Shown here one piece after another: positions 27,608-35,770 of a stretch of 64,000 bases of DNA (its first letter is position 1; each line of letters opens with the position of its first letter). Both the position numbers and the translations under genes were made by a program. The stretch spans positions 13,072 to 77,071 of the forward strand of contig CAMDFJ010000001.1 of assembly GCA_945897435.1 (NCBI GenBank). Reading direction: 5' to 3'. The notes under the pieces were generated by a model. The model was not told where the DNA came from and did not search any database. It saw only the letters and a list, made by a program, of their open reading frames with translations. The DNA is from Candidatus Kuenenia stuttgartensis. GTDB lineage: Bacteria > Planctomycetota > Planctomycetia > Pirellulales > UBA1268.

Positions 27608-28810
27608 TCACGACGTCAGGAATCGCTCGATCCGGGCGAGGCCGTCTTTGAGCTTCTGCTCCGACGCCGCAAACGACATCCGCACGTGCCCTTCGGCGCC
27701 GAAGGCGCTGCCGGCCACGAGCGCGACATGCTCCTTCTCGAGGAGTGCCTCGCACCACTGGCTGCTCGTGCCGATGCCACGAGACTGCCCGCGGCGGAGC
27801 GCGTCCTTGATGTCGAAGAATGCATAGAACGCGCCGCCGATCTCCGGCAGCCGCAGGCCGGGCATCTTCGAGAGGCATCCGACGACCAGGTCGCGGCGGT
27901 TTTGGAATGCAGCGAGCATCTCCCCCACGCAGTCCTGCGGGCCGGTGAGGGCGGCGACCGCGGCATGCTGGCTGACGCTGCAGGGGTTGCTCGTCTGCTG
28001 GCTCTGGAGGTTGCCGATCGCCTTCGAGAGCGGTTCCGGGCAGATCGTCCAGCCGATCCGCCAGCCTGTCATCGAATAGGTCTTGCTCACGCCGGCGACG
28101 ACGACCGTCCGCTCCGCGAGCCCGGGCCGGAGCGTGGGAAACGAGGGGGACTGGCGTCCGTCGTAGACGAGCTGGTCGTAGATCTCGTCGGCGATCACCG
28201 CCAGATCGGCCTCGATCGCGATATCTGCAAGCGCCCGCAATTCATCCGGCGTGTAGACCACACCGGTCGGGTTGCTCGGGCTGCAGAGCAGGAGCATTCG
28301 CGTCCGCGGGCCGAGCGCGGCCCGCAGGGCCTCGGGCCTGAGCTTGAAGTCGTCGTCGATGCTGGTCTCGATCAGCATCGGGCGGCCGCCGCAGAGCTTG
28401 ATCAGCTCGGCGTAGCTCACCCAGTAGGGCGCCGGCACGATCACCTCGTCCCCGTCGTCGAGCAGGGCCATGAAGGCGTTGTGAAGCGAGTGCTTGGCGC
28501 CATTGGAGACAACCACCTGCGCGGGCGTCACCGTGAGCCCGCTGCGGCGGGAATAGTCGGCGGCCACCGCCTTGCGGAGATCGGGGATGCCGGCCGCCGG
28601 GGTGTACTTGGTCTTGCCGGAACGGATCGCCGCCTCCGCGGCCTGGCAGATGTGCGCCGGCGTGGGGAAGTCGGGCTCGCCGACAGAAAGATCGATGACA
28701 TCGATGCCCGAGGCCGCCATCGATGCCGCCTTGGCGGCCATCGCCAGGGTGGCCGAGGGTTCGAGGGATGCCATCCGCTTTGCGAGATGCAGACTGTTTC
28801 TCTTCTCCAT
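27608..28810 (-). CDS. Class I pyridoxal-phosphate aminotransferase (aspartate aminotransferase-like)
   Basis: LSVGEPDFPTP, YTPAAGIPDLR, NGAKHSL and SKTYSMTGWRIGW (PLP lysine). ATG at 28810 gives 400 aa; ATG 28837 is an alternative. Confidence 0.85.
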   Translation of the reverse strand: MEKRNSLHLAKRMASLEPSATLAMAAKAASMAASGIDVIDLSVGEPDFPTPAHICQAAEAAIRSGKTKYTPAAGIPDLRKAVAADYSRRSGLTVTPAQVVVSNGAKHSLHNAFMALLDDGDEVIVPAPYWVSYAELIKLCGGRPMLIETSIDDDFKLRPEALRAALGPRTRMLLLCSPSNPTGVVYTPDELRALADIAIEADLAVIADEIYDQLVYDGRQSPSFPTLRPGLAERTVVVAGVSKTYSMTGWRIGWTICPEPLSKAIGNLQSQQTSNPCSVSQHAAVAALTGPQDCVGEMLAAFQNRRDLVVGCLSKMPGLRLPEIGGAFYAFFDIKDALRRGQSRGIGTSSQWCEALLEKEHVALVAGSAFGAEGHVRMSFAASEQKLKDGLARIERFLTS

Positions 28811-28961
28811 GACCCGTTCCGTGCGTGCTCCTGACATGGTGCGGCGCGGATACAAAGTTTTCGCGCCGATGACGTGATGATACCCAGCATGAGGTTGCAA
28901 TGCGCATGCTGGAGATGGCCGATGCCGGTCGGTTCGCCATCAGCACACGGGCATCGGAGCC

Positions 28962-28999
28962 AAAAAAATCATTGATTTTTTTCCAGACTTCTCTTGACA
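28962..28999 (+). promoter_or_regulatory. AT-only palindrome plus a TTGACA -35-like hexamer
   Basis: AAAAAAATCA-T-TGATTTTTTT (28962-28982), then TTGACA at 28994-28999. No good -10 hexamer follows at 16-18 nt (TCACAA at best). Confidence 0.35.
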
Positions 29000-29182
29000 G
29001 TTTTCACCGTCATCCTTCACAACACGTTCAACGGTGCTCATCGACGTCGAATAGACGCTCGATGGCGGCGTGCAAAACAACGTTCGATACACGTCTCGAA
29101 ACGTCGGCTGATCCCTTCGAGAGAGTGCCCGGGGGATTGGTCGTTTGGTCTGTCAGGGCGCTCGTGGCAAGGAGCCATATCG

Positions 29183-29248
29183 ATGGCGAAGAAGAAGACG
29201 AAGAAGGCTGCCAAGAAGGTTGCCAAGAAGAAGAAGGGCCACGGCTAG
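29183..29248 (+). CDS. 21-codon lysine-rich small ORF (MAKKKTKKAAKKVAKKKKGHG)
   Basis: AGGAG (29170-29174) lies 8 nt before ATG 29183; stop TAG 29246-29248. A canonical intrinsic terminator lies about 95 nt downstream and an AT-rich promoter-like region about 185 nt upstream. Confidence 0.45.
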   Translation: MAKKKTKKAAKKVAKKKKGHG

Positions 29249-29341
29249 TCCTTCGCCCGGCCTCTGACCGTTGAGCCTGTCTCCACGGAAAGCTGGCCGG
29301 GTCCCGTCGACCGTACAACCGTCGACTGATCAGACGAGAAA

Positions 29342-29383
29342 GGCCGGCCCGGGCCCTTGGGCGCCCGGGCCGGCCTGATTTTT
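29342..29383 (+). terminator. Rho-independent terminator
   Basis: GGCCGGCCCGGGC (29342-29354) pairs with GCCCGGGCCGGCC (29363-29375), a 13-bp perfect stem, followed by TGATTTTT. Confidence 0.8.
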
Positions 29384-29411
29384 GCGCCGGCGGTCTGTGT
29401 AGGATCGTGGG

Positions 29412-30515
29412 GTGTCAGATCCCGCCGCGATTCGCCGTGCCGATTCCCCAGCGCCCGCCCGCAGGGGCGATTTTCTGCTGGCCGCCTGTCAGGGCGGTGC
29501 CGAGGCGGCGCTCTGCGAACGCCAGCGGCTGGTGCTTCCGAAACTTGCCAAGGGGGCCTGGCGCAGGGGCCTGGTCACATTCCGGCTGCCGCCCGACTTC
29601 GATCCCCCGGACGACTTCGCCCCCGATCTCGTGTACGCCCGGACGCTCGTCCGCTGCCTCGGTCAGGCCACTGGCTCGACGACCGCAGCGGTGGCCGGTC
29701 AGGCCGTCGAACTTCTCGGCGGGCAGTCGTGGGACTCGATCCATGTCTGGAATCGCGATCCGCGGGCCGACCACGACATCGGCGGGATCCGGGCCGCGAT
29801 CGTGACCGCTCTCGGCGCCGGCATCACGGCGGCGAAGGCGGCCGCAAAAACCAGACCGGGCGATCTCGTGCTCGACTGTGTCGTTGACACCGCCGAACGC
29901 TGGTGGGTCGGCTGGCACAGGGCGGCGACGCCGCAGAGCTGCTGGCCGGGAGGCAACTATCCTCTCGCCCTGCCGGCCGACAAGATCTCGCGGGCCTGGC
30001 TCAAGCTCGATGAGGCGATCGCGAGCTTTCCGATCCCGCTCGTCGCCGGGACTCGTGCCGTCGAACTCGGCGCCGCGCCCGGTGGCGCCTGCCAGCGGCT
30101 GTTGGAGGAGGGACTCGAGGTGGTGGGCATCGATCCGGCACTCGTCGATCAGCGGCTCGCCGGCCGGCCGAGGTTCGAACAGTGGCGGATGCGGGCTCGC
30201 GACGTGCGGCTGAAGGAGTTTCGTGGCTTCGACTGGGTCGTCTCCGACATGAACATCGACCCCAAGAGCGCCCTCGAATCGATCGGCAGGGTGGTGACGG
30301 CACCGGGGGCGGGTCCGCGCGGCATCATCGCCACGCTCAAGCTCCCCGACTGGTCGCGGGCGTCCGCCCTGCCAGGCTGGCTTGGCCAGTTTCAGTCCTG
30401 GGGCTATGCACCTCTTGCCAGGCAGCTCTCGACCGGCGGCCGCGAGGTCTGCGTGCTGGCGATCAGGAAGCGGTCGGCCCGGCGTCGCCCCGCCAGACGT
30501 CGCCCGGCTGGGTGA
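29412..30515 (+). CDS. RlmM-like (FtsJ-fold) rRNA 2'-O-ribose methyltransferase
   Basis: 367 aa. SRAWLKLDEAI...AVELGAAPGGACQRLLEEGLEVVGIDPA...WVVSDMNIDP parallels the E. coli RlmM core (SRSTLKLEEA...DLGACPGGWTYQL...MVCDMVEKP) and matches its length. GTG start at 29412. Confidence 0.6.
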   Translation: MSDPAAIRRADSPAPARRGDFLLAACQGGAEAALCERQRLVLPKLAKGAWRRGLVTFRLPPDFDPPDDFAPDLVYARTLVRCLGQATGSTTAAVAGQAVELLGGQSWDSIHVWNRDPRADHDIGGIRAAIVTALGAGITAAKAAAKTRPGDLVLDCVVDTAERWWVGWHRAATPQSCWPGGNYPLALPADKISRAWLKLDEAIASFPIPLVAGTRAVELGAAPGGACQRLLEEGLEVVGIDPALVDQRLAGRPRFEQWRMRARDVRLKEFRGFDWVVSDMNIDPKSALESIGRVVTAPGAGPRGIIATLKLPDWSRASALPGWLGQFQSWGYAPLARQLSTGGREVCVLAIRKRSARRRPARRRPAG

Positions 30516-31329
30516 GGCTGCCCGAGGCGAGGTGCATCCTGCCGGCGACTGTATCGATCACGATCGCGCCGTGACGGTCGATCCCGTGGCAGCGTCCCCG
30601 GATCGCCGGCCGGGATTCATTCAACGCCAGCGGATCGTGAGGATCACCTCCCTGATACACGGTCACGTCGCTTCCGAGCAGGCTGCAGAACGGGCGGTAG
30701 CGGCTCACGAGCAGCCCCGGATCCGCCGTGATCGCCGCGAGCAGCTGGCAGAACCGCGGCATGAAGTCGCCAAGCAGCACGGCCCGGGGGAGCGGCCGGC
30801 CGGTCCGGTCGGGAATCGTCGCCGGGCGATGTGCCAGCGATGCAGGTGCGTCGGCCGCGCTGCCTGTCGTGTTGACCCCGATGCCGATGATCGCCCGGCC
30901 TCCCGGACAGGTCTCGATCAGGATCCCGGCCAGTTTGCGGCCGCCGCTCTCGATGTCGTTGGGCCAGCGGACCCGCGGATCGACCTCCGGCACGAGTGCT
31001 GAAAGCGCCTCTGCCAGGGCGACACCGGCGGCCAGCGACCAGGTCGGCCGCGGTTCGAGAGGCTCGTCGGAAACGATGCCCGCGGAGGCGGCATCGAGCA
31101 CGATGCTGACCGCCAGACTGCCGGGCGGCTGCCACCAGCGGGCTCCCCGCCGGCCGCGGCCATGAGTCTGCAGGTCGGCGACGACGGCGGCCGGCAGTGG
31201 TGTCTCTGGGTCGGCGGCGAGTTCCCTCGCCCGGTCCATCGTCGAGGCAAGTTCGGCATGCTGCTCGAACGTCGCCAGACCGGCCCGCTTTCGCAGACTT
31301 TCAGCGTCGATCGGATCCTGGTCGGTCAT
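30463..31329 (-). CDS. birA: Biotin-[acetyl-CoA-carboxylase] ligase, catalytic-only form (no N-terminal HTH)
   Basis: VADLQTHGRGRRGARWWQPPGSLAVSIVL (the GRGRxGRxW motif). ATG at 31329. The 3' end overlaps the convergent RlmM-like gene by about 53 bp. Confidence 0.8.
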   Translation of the reverse strand: MTDQDPIDAESLRKRAGLATFEQHAELASTMDRARELAADPETPLPAAVVADLQTHGRGRRGARWWQPPGSLAVSIVLDAASAGIVSDEPLEPRPTWSLAAGVALAEALSALVPEVDPRVRWPNDIESGGRKLAGILIETCPGGRAIIGIGVNTTGSAADAPASLAHRPATIPDRTGRPLPRAVLLGDFMPRFCQLLAAITADPGLLVSRYRPFCSLLGSDVTVYQGGDPHDPLALNESRPAIRGRCHGIDRHGAIVIDTVAGRMHLASGSLTQPGDVWRGDAGPTAS

Positions 31330-31504
31330 CTGGTGGCCCAGCGGATCGGCCCGCCCGCGGAACTCGGACGTGGCTGTTCTGGAAGGCTGGTGTACCACAG
31401 CAGTCGAGGTGATTCCCGCGGCCCCCATAAGGCCGGGGGTTTGGGAACATCCCTCCCGGGCTGCGACCTTGACCCTCAGGTCGGCCGCTTGGTACCCCCC
31501 AGGT

Positions 31505-32713
31505 GTGCGCCCGTCTCTTCCATTCTTTCTGTCGCTCTGTCTCGCCGCAGCGATCGCCGTCTGCGGTCGGCCGGCCGCCGCCCAGACCGCGGCCCTTCCA
31601 TCACCGGCGGCCTCGTCGCTCGATCGGGTGATTCCCGCCCAGTATGGCGTGCCACTTTCGCCGCCACCGCCCGCCTGGGATCCCTATGCGGCACAGGCAG
31701 GGCAGGCGTTTCCAGCCACGCCACCCGCGGCCAACTGGGTGCCGGCCCAGGCCTCTTCGGCGATCGGCGGCCAGCCCGGCTATCCCGGCTACTCGACGGC
31801 ACAGCCCTCGATCATGCCGACGCAGAATCCTGCCGGGGCACCGACCTCGCTCTTTCCACCCGGCTACCCGTCGCAGAACTCGACCTTCCAGCAGACGATG
31901 CGGCTCTATCAGGGTGCCCGCGGCAGCTGGGCGTATCTCTTCGGCAGCGGCCAGGGCACGAGCGTCGCCGTCAACGAACTCGACACCACGGCGACCTTCG
32001 CCGTGCCCTTCTTCCACAACTCGCAGGCCAATCTCAACCACGCGCCGCTGTTGATCACGCCCGGCTTCGGCCTCCAGCTCTGGAACGGCCCTGAGACCAC
32101 CCCCAGCATGCAGGCCGACCTGCCGCCGAACACCTACGACGTGTTCATCGACACGGCATGGAATCCACAGTTCACACCACTCTTCGGGGCCGAGCTCGGG
32201 CTCAGAGTGGGCATCTTCACCAACTGGGACGTCTTCGTCTGGGAGAGCTGGAGACTGATGGGCCGGGCGATCGGCACGCTGCAACTGACGCCGACGATGC
32301 AGGGCAAGGCGGGCATCGTCTACCTCGACCGCAATCTGGTGAAGATCCTGCCGGCCGTGGGCGTCACCTGGACCCCCGATGCCAACAGCCGCTACGACAT
32401 CTTCTTCCCGGCGCCGAAGGCGTCGAAGAGGTTCACCACGTTCGGCAAGCACGCGGTCTGGGGATTCCTCGCCGGCGAGTACGGCGGCGGCGCCTGGACC
32501 TTTCGCCGCAGCACCGGGCAGATCTCCCCCTTCGACTACAACGACGTCCGGGTGACGCTCGGCACCGAGTTCGTGCCACAGACGCCGACGGGCCTCGCCG
32601 GCAGCTTCGAGGTCGGCTATGTCTTTGCCCGGCAGCTGTTCTTCGTCGACGGCCCGCCGCAGTATCAGAACCTCGACAACACCCTGATGCTGCGGCTCGG
32701 CCTGGCCTACTGA
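31505..32713 (+). CDS. Hypothetical exported protein, possible outer-membrane beta-barrel (paralogue A)
   Basis: GTG at 31505: (M)RPSLPFFLSLCLAAAIAVCGRPAAAQ is a signal peptide. A Pro/Gln/Ala-rich spacer is followed by an alternating beta-like sequence ending ...LMLRLGLAY (terminal aromatic). Clear paralogue of the next gene. Confidence 0.45.
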   Translation: MRPSLPFFLSLCLAAAIAVCGRPAAAQTAALPSPAASSLDRVIPAQYGVPLSPPPPAWDPYAAQAGQAFPATPPAANWVPAQASSAIGGQPGYPGYSTAQPSIMPTQNPAGAPTSLFPPGYPSQNSTFQQTMRLYQGARGSWAYLFGSGQGTSVAVNELDTTATFAVPFFHNSQANLNHAPLLITPGFGLQLWNGPETTPSMQADLPPNTYDVFIDTAWNPQFTPLFGAELGLRVGIFTNWDVFVWESWRLMGRAIGTLQLTPTMQGKAGIVYLDRNLVKILPAVGVTWTPDANSRYDIFFPAPKASKRFTTFGKHAVWGFLAGEYGGGAWTFRRSTGQISPFDYNDVRVTLGTEFVPQTPTGLAGSFEVGYVFARQLFFVDGPPQYQNLDNTLMLRLGLAY

Positions 32714-33772
32714 GTGCTGCGAAAGAGGCGATCCATGGCCGTGATCCGCCCGGCGGCAATGCTTGCACTCATCCTCGCTGCGATCGGCGGCGGAATCCTG
32801 CGGGCCGACGAGATCCTGCCGCTGCCCGAGGTGGAGCAGGGGGTCTTCGAGCGGATCCGACTGGCCGCCTTCGGCGACCCACAGGATCTCACCGAACCGC
32901 TCCTGCCCGACGACGTCGCGCCGCCGGGGCAGCCGCGTCAGGAGTTCGAGCCGCCGGCCGGCCGCAAGCTGCCGCCGGGTGCCAAGCCGGGGCCACTGCA
33001 GCAGGTCATCTTCACGACCACCGAACTGCCGCTACTCGGCTCGAACGGCCTCGGACTGACGACGCTCGACACGAGCCTCACGATCGGCCTTCCCGCGCCG
33101 ACGGTCGATTCACCCCTGCTGCTCACGCCCGGCTTCGGCACCACGTTCGTCGATGAGTCGAACGGCCCGGCCGATCCGGGGCTGCCCGCCCAGCTGACCG
33201 ACGCCTGGCTGCAGGCCCGCTGGATGCGGAAACTTGGGAAACGGCTGGGCGTCGATCTGGCCGTCGCTCCGGGATGGTACAGCGATCTGGTCAACGATAC
33301 GCCGCAGGCCTTCCGGATCACGGGCCACGGCTTCGGCGCCTGGGAGTGGAGCGACGACCTGCGGGTCGTGGCAGGTGCGATCTACCTCGACCGCTACGAC
33401 GTGAACATTCTGCCCGCAGGCGGCCTGCTCTGGACCCCGTCGGATGACCGCCGCTACGAGCTCATCTTCCCGAGGCCACGGCTCGCCTGGCGGGTGGCGG
33501 AGGGCCGAAATGCAGCCCAGTGGCTCTACCTGGCCGGCGAATTCGGCGGCAACCAGTGGGCCGTCCGCCGCGACAACGGCGACAACGACGTCGTCGTCTA
33601 CCACGACTACCGCCTGCTCGCCGGCTGGGAACGCCGTCCCGCCGACCTCGGAGTCTCGTGGAGGCTCGAGACTGGCTGGGTCTTTGGCCGACTCGTCGAG
33701 TATTACATCAGCGACACGGCCGACTATCAGCCCAACGACACGTTTCTCGTCCGGGCGGGCGTCTGGTACTAG
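32714..33772 (+). CDS. Hypothetical exported protein, possible outer-membrane beta-barrel (paralogue B)
   Basis: Starts directly after the upstream stop (GTG 32714 or ATG 32735). Signal-like AVIRPAAMLALILAAIGGG, and ends ...FLVRAGVWY. Shares the blocks YLDR..V.ILPA.G..WTP....RY...FP.P and LAGE.GG..W..RR with paralogue A. Confidence 0.45.
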   Translation: MLRKRRSMAVIRPAAMLALILAAIGGGILRADEILPLPEVEQGVFERIRLAAFGDPQDLTEPLLPDDVAPPGQPRQEFEPPAGRKLPPGAKPGPLQQVIFTTTELPLLGSNGLGLTTLDTSLTIGLPAPTVDSPLLLTPGFGTTFVDESNGPADPGLPAQLTDAWLQARWMRKLGKRLGVDLAVAPGWYSDLVNDTPQAFRITGHGFGAWEWSDDLRVVAGAIYLDRYDVNILPAGGLLWTPSDDRRYELIFPRPRLAWRVAEGRNAAQWLYLAGEFGGNQWAVRRDNGDNDVVVYHDYRLLAGWERRPADLGVSWRLETGWVFGRLVEYYISDTADYQPNDTFLVRAGVWY

Positions 33773-33794
33773 CGGGCTTCATGTGCCTGAGTGG

Positions 33795-33812
33795 GACAGG
33801 CTTCAGCCTGTC
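33795..33812 (+). repeat. REP-like palindromic element, copy 5 (core)
   Basis: GTGGGACAGGCTTCAGCCTGTCATGG, 23 nt after the stop of paralogue B. Confidence 0.9.
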
Positions 33813-33841
33813 ATGGAGAGTAACGGCGTCTCGCGTGGGTC

Positions 33842-33973
33842 GGGGTTGCCCACGCCCCGTCGCCGGACGTTCGCTGCGGCCATCCTGGCCTGCGCTCTCT
33901 CGATGCTGACTTCGCTACGGCATCCATGCCTGCGCTTGTCAGCAACGCCGGCTCTCGGGGCATGGGCAACCCC
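33842..33973. repeat. 18-bp inverted repeat pair (17/18) enclosing 96 bp
   Basis: GGGGTTGCCCACGCCCCG (33842-33859) against CGGGGCATGGGCAACCCC (33956-33973), in the intergenic gap between convergent genes. Confidence 0.85.
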
Positions 33974-34029
33974 TCGCTGAAGGAGCGGACATACATTCAG
34001 CCAAGATATGGTGGGCCGAGGCAGGCTCG

Positions 34030-35529
34030 CTAGCTCGCGGCGGGATCCTTGCCGCCGACCCAGGGGCCGGCGAGCTTTTGATACTCCTCTGCCTTGAGCG
34101 AGCTGCCGGTGTCGCCGGCGTGCCAGCCGGGAACGTGCTTCGGCTTCGCCCGTTCGTCGGAGAGTGTTTCCCAGCGCTTCGCCCAGCCCGCGTTGCCCTC
34201 GGTGTAGCTGCCGTTGGCGGCGTCGAACTGATAGACCTTGCCGTTGCGATAGCTCATCGCGCCGAGGATCACGGTCACGACCGCCGCCGCCCCGAGGTCG
34301 GGAGTGTTGTTGCAGAGTTCGGGCTTGCCGGCCTGCATCGCCTCCAGCCAGTTCTTGAAGTGGAGGTAGGTCGTGTCCGCCTTCTTCAGCTCTTCGGCCG
34401 TGAGGTCGGTCTGGATCACCTCGTCCTTGAGGTCGCTGTTGAAGGTCACCTGCGGCCGCTCGGCGACGAACTTGAAGTCGGTGAACGACTCGCCATTGCC
34501 AAACTCGAAGGCGCCGTTGTGGCCCCGGATCACCTGCTTGATCCGCGAGTTTTCATTGCACATCGTGGCCGTGATCAGGCCCTGGCAGCCCTCGTTGTAG
34601 TCGGCCACGACCGTCGCCACGTCGGGCACGTCGCGGGTGTCGAGTTCGAGGTAGATGCCCCCCGCGCCCACGACGCGGGCGGGGTAGCGAAGTCCGGTGG
34701 CCTTGAGCATCGCGGTCGTGCGGTGCACGAACAGATCGGTGAACATCCCGGAGCCGAAGGGCCAGTAGCAACGCCACTGGGCGTAGACGGCCCGGTCGAA
34801 ATCCATCTTCGGGGCGAGGCCGGCATCGACGCCGAGCCAGCGGTTCCAGTCGATCGTCTCGGGAGTCATCTGCTTGTCGAGTTTGTAATACCGCCACTGG
34901 CCGACGGCCGAGTTGCGGAAGTACTCGGTCTGGAAGCCGAGCACCTTGCCGAGTTTGCCGGCGTCGATGAGCTCGCGGGCCTGATCCCAGACCTTGAGGC
35001 TTGTCGACTGCACGCCGACCTGCATCACCCTGCCCGTCTCCCGCCAGACCTTGGCGACGTCGAGGGCCTCCTCGACCGTCTTCGTCATCGGCTTCTCGGT
35101 GTAGACGTGCTTGCCTGCCCTGAGGCTGTCGATGATCTGGCGGTGGTGCCAGTGGTCGGGCGTGCCGATGCAGACGGCGTCGACATCCTTGTCGGCCAGC
35201 ATGTCGTTGTAATCGACATATCGCTTGGCCTCGACGCCGGTCTCCTTCTTGATGAACTCGCAGACCGTGTCTTCCTGCTTCTTGTAGACCTCGCTCACCG
35301 CCACGAGGTCGATGTTGGCCCCTTCGCTCCGCAGTTTGGCGAGCGTCTTGACGTGGGCGCCGAAGCCGCGGCCTCCGGGACCGATGAAGCCGATCCGAAT
35401 CCGGCTGTTGGCATCGGCCGCCGAGGCGGCGGGCATCTGCGTGGCCGCGGCAGCGGCTGCGGCGGCCGAGGCGCCGACAAAGCCACGGCGGGAGACCTTA
35501 TCTGACGAGGAGGGCTTCTGTTCGGACAT
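34030..35529 (-). CDS. Tat-exported Gfo/Idh/MocA-family oxidoreductase
   Basis: ATG at 35529: MSEQKPSSSDKVSRRGFVGASAAAAAAAA (twin-arginine signal), then IRIGFIGPGGRG (Rossmann) and CIGTPDHWH. Confidence 0.85.
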   Translation of the reverse strand: MSEQKPSSSDKVSRRGFVGASAAAAAAAATQMPAASAADANSRIRIGFIGPGGRGFGAHVKTLAKLRSEGANIDLVAVSEVYKKQEDTVCEFIKKETGVEAKRYVDYNDMLADKDVDAVCIGTPDHWHHRQIIDSLRAGKHVYTEKPMTKTVEEALDVAKVWRETGRVMQVGVQSTSLKVWDQARELIDAGKLGKVLGFQTEYFRNSAVGQWRYYKLDKQMTPETIDWNRWLGVDAGLAPKMDFDRAVYAQWRCYWPFGSGMFTDLFVHRTTAMLKATGLRYPARVVGAGGIYLELDTRDVPDVATVVADYNEGCQGLITATMCNENSRIKQVIRGHNGAFEFGNGESFTDFKFVAERPQVTFNSDLKDEVIQTDLTAEELKKADTTYLHFKNWLEAMQAGKPELCNNTPDLGAAAVVTVILGAMSYRNGKVYQFDAANGSYTEGNAGWAKRWETLSDERAKPKHVPGWHAGDTGSSLKAEEYQKLAGPWVGGKDPAAS

Positions 35530-35540
35530 CGCAGAACTCC

Positions 35541-35573
35541 TAAATGCCAAGAATGCCAAGTAAATGCCAAGAA
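35541..35573 (-). promoter_or_regulatory. Direct repeats TTCTTGGCATTTA x2 (plus a third TTGGCA) immediately upstream of the oxidoreductase RBS; weak sigma54-like match
   Basis: The minus strand reads TTCTTGGCATTTACTTGGCATTCTTGGCATTTAGGAGTTCTGCGATG. TGGCATTTACTTGGCA resembles TGGCAC-N5-TTGCA with 2-3 mismatches. Confidence 0.3.
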
Positions 35574-35770
35574 TGATTGCGGAAGACGATCGGAAACCGA
35601 CGGGAACCCGCTCGCTCTATTCGATCACCCGGACCCCGCCAATTCCAGTCCCATGAGTATGCGGGACGCGGGCACGGAAGCCAAGTTCGACCCGGGTCAG
35701 CCGGCGGAAGACCAGTCCCCGTGGCGCAGACTGCAGCCAACCTTCGGCAGCGGCTCGTCGACGCTGGAAG

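Noticed and set aside
30463-30515. 53-bp 3'-3' overlap of the RlmM-like and birA genes (and the 18-bp overlap of the TMTC-like and ATPase genes at 62622-62639)
   Set aside because: Both involve non-conserved, low-complexity C-terminal tails in a high-GC genome where stop codons are rare. They are probably unremarkable.
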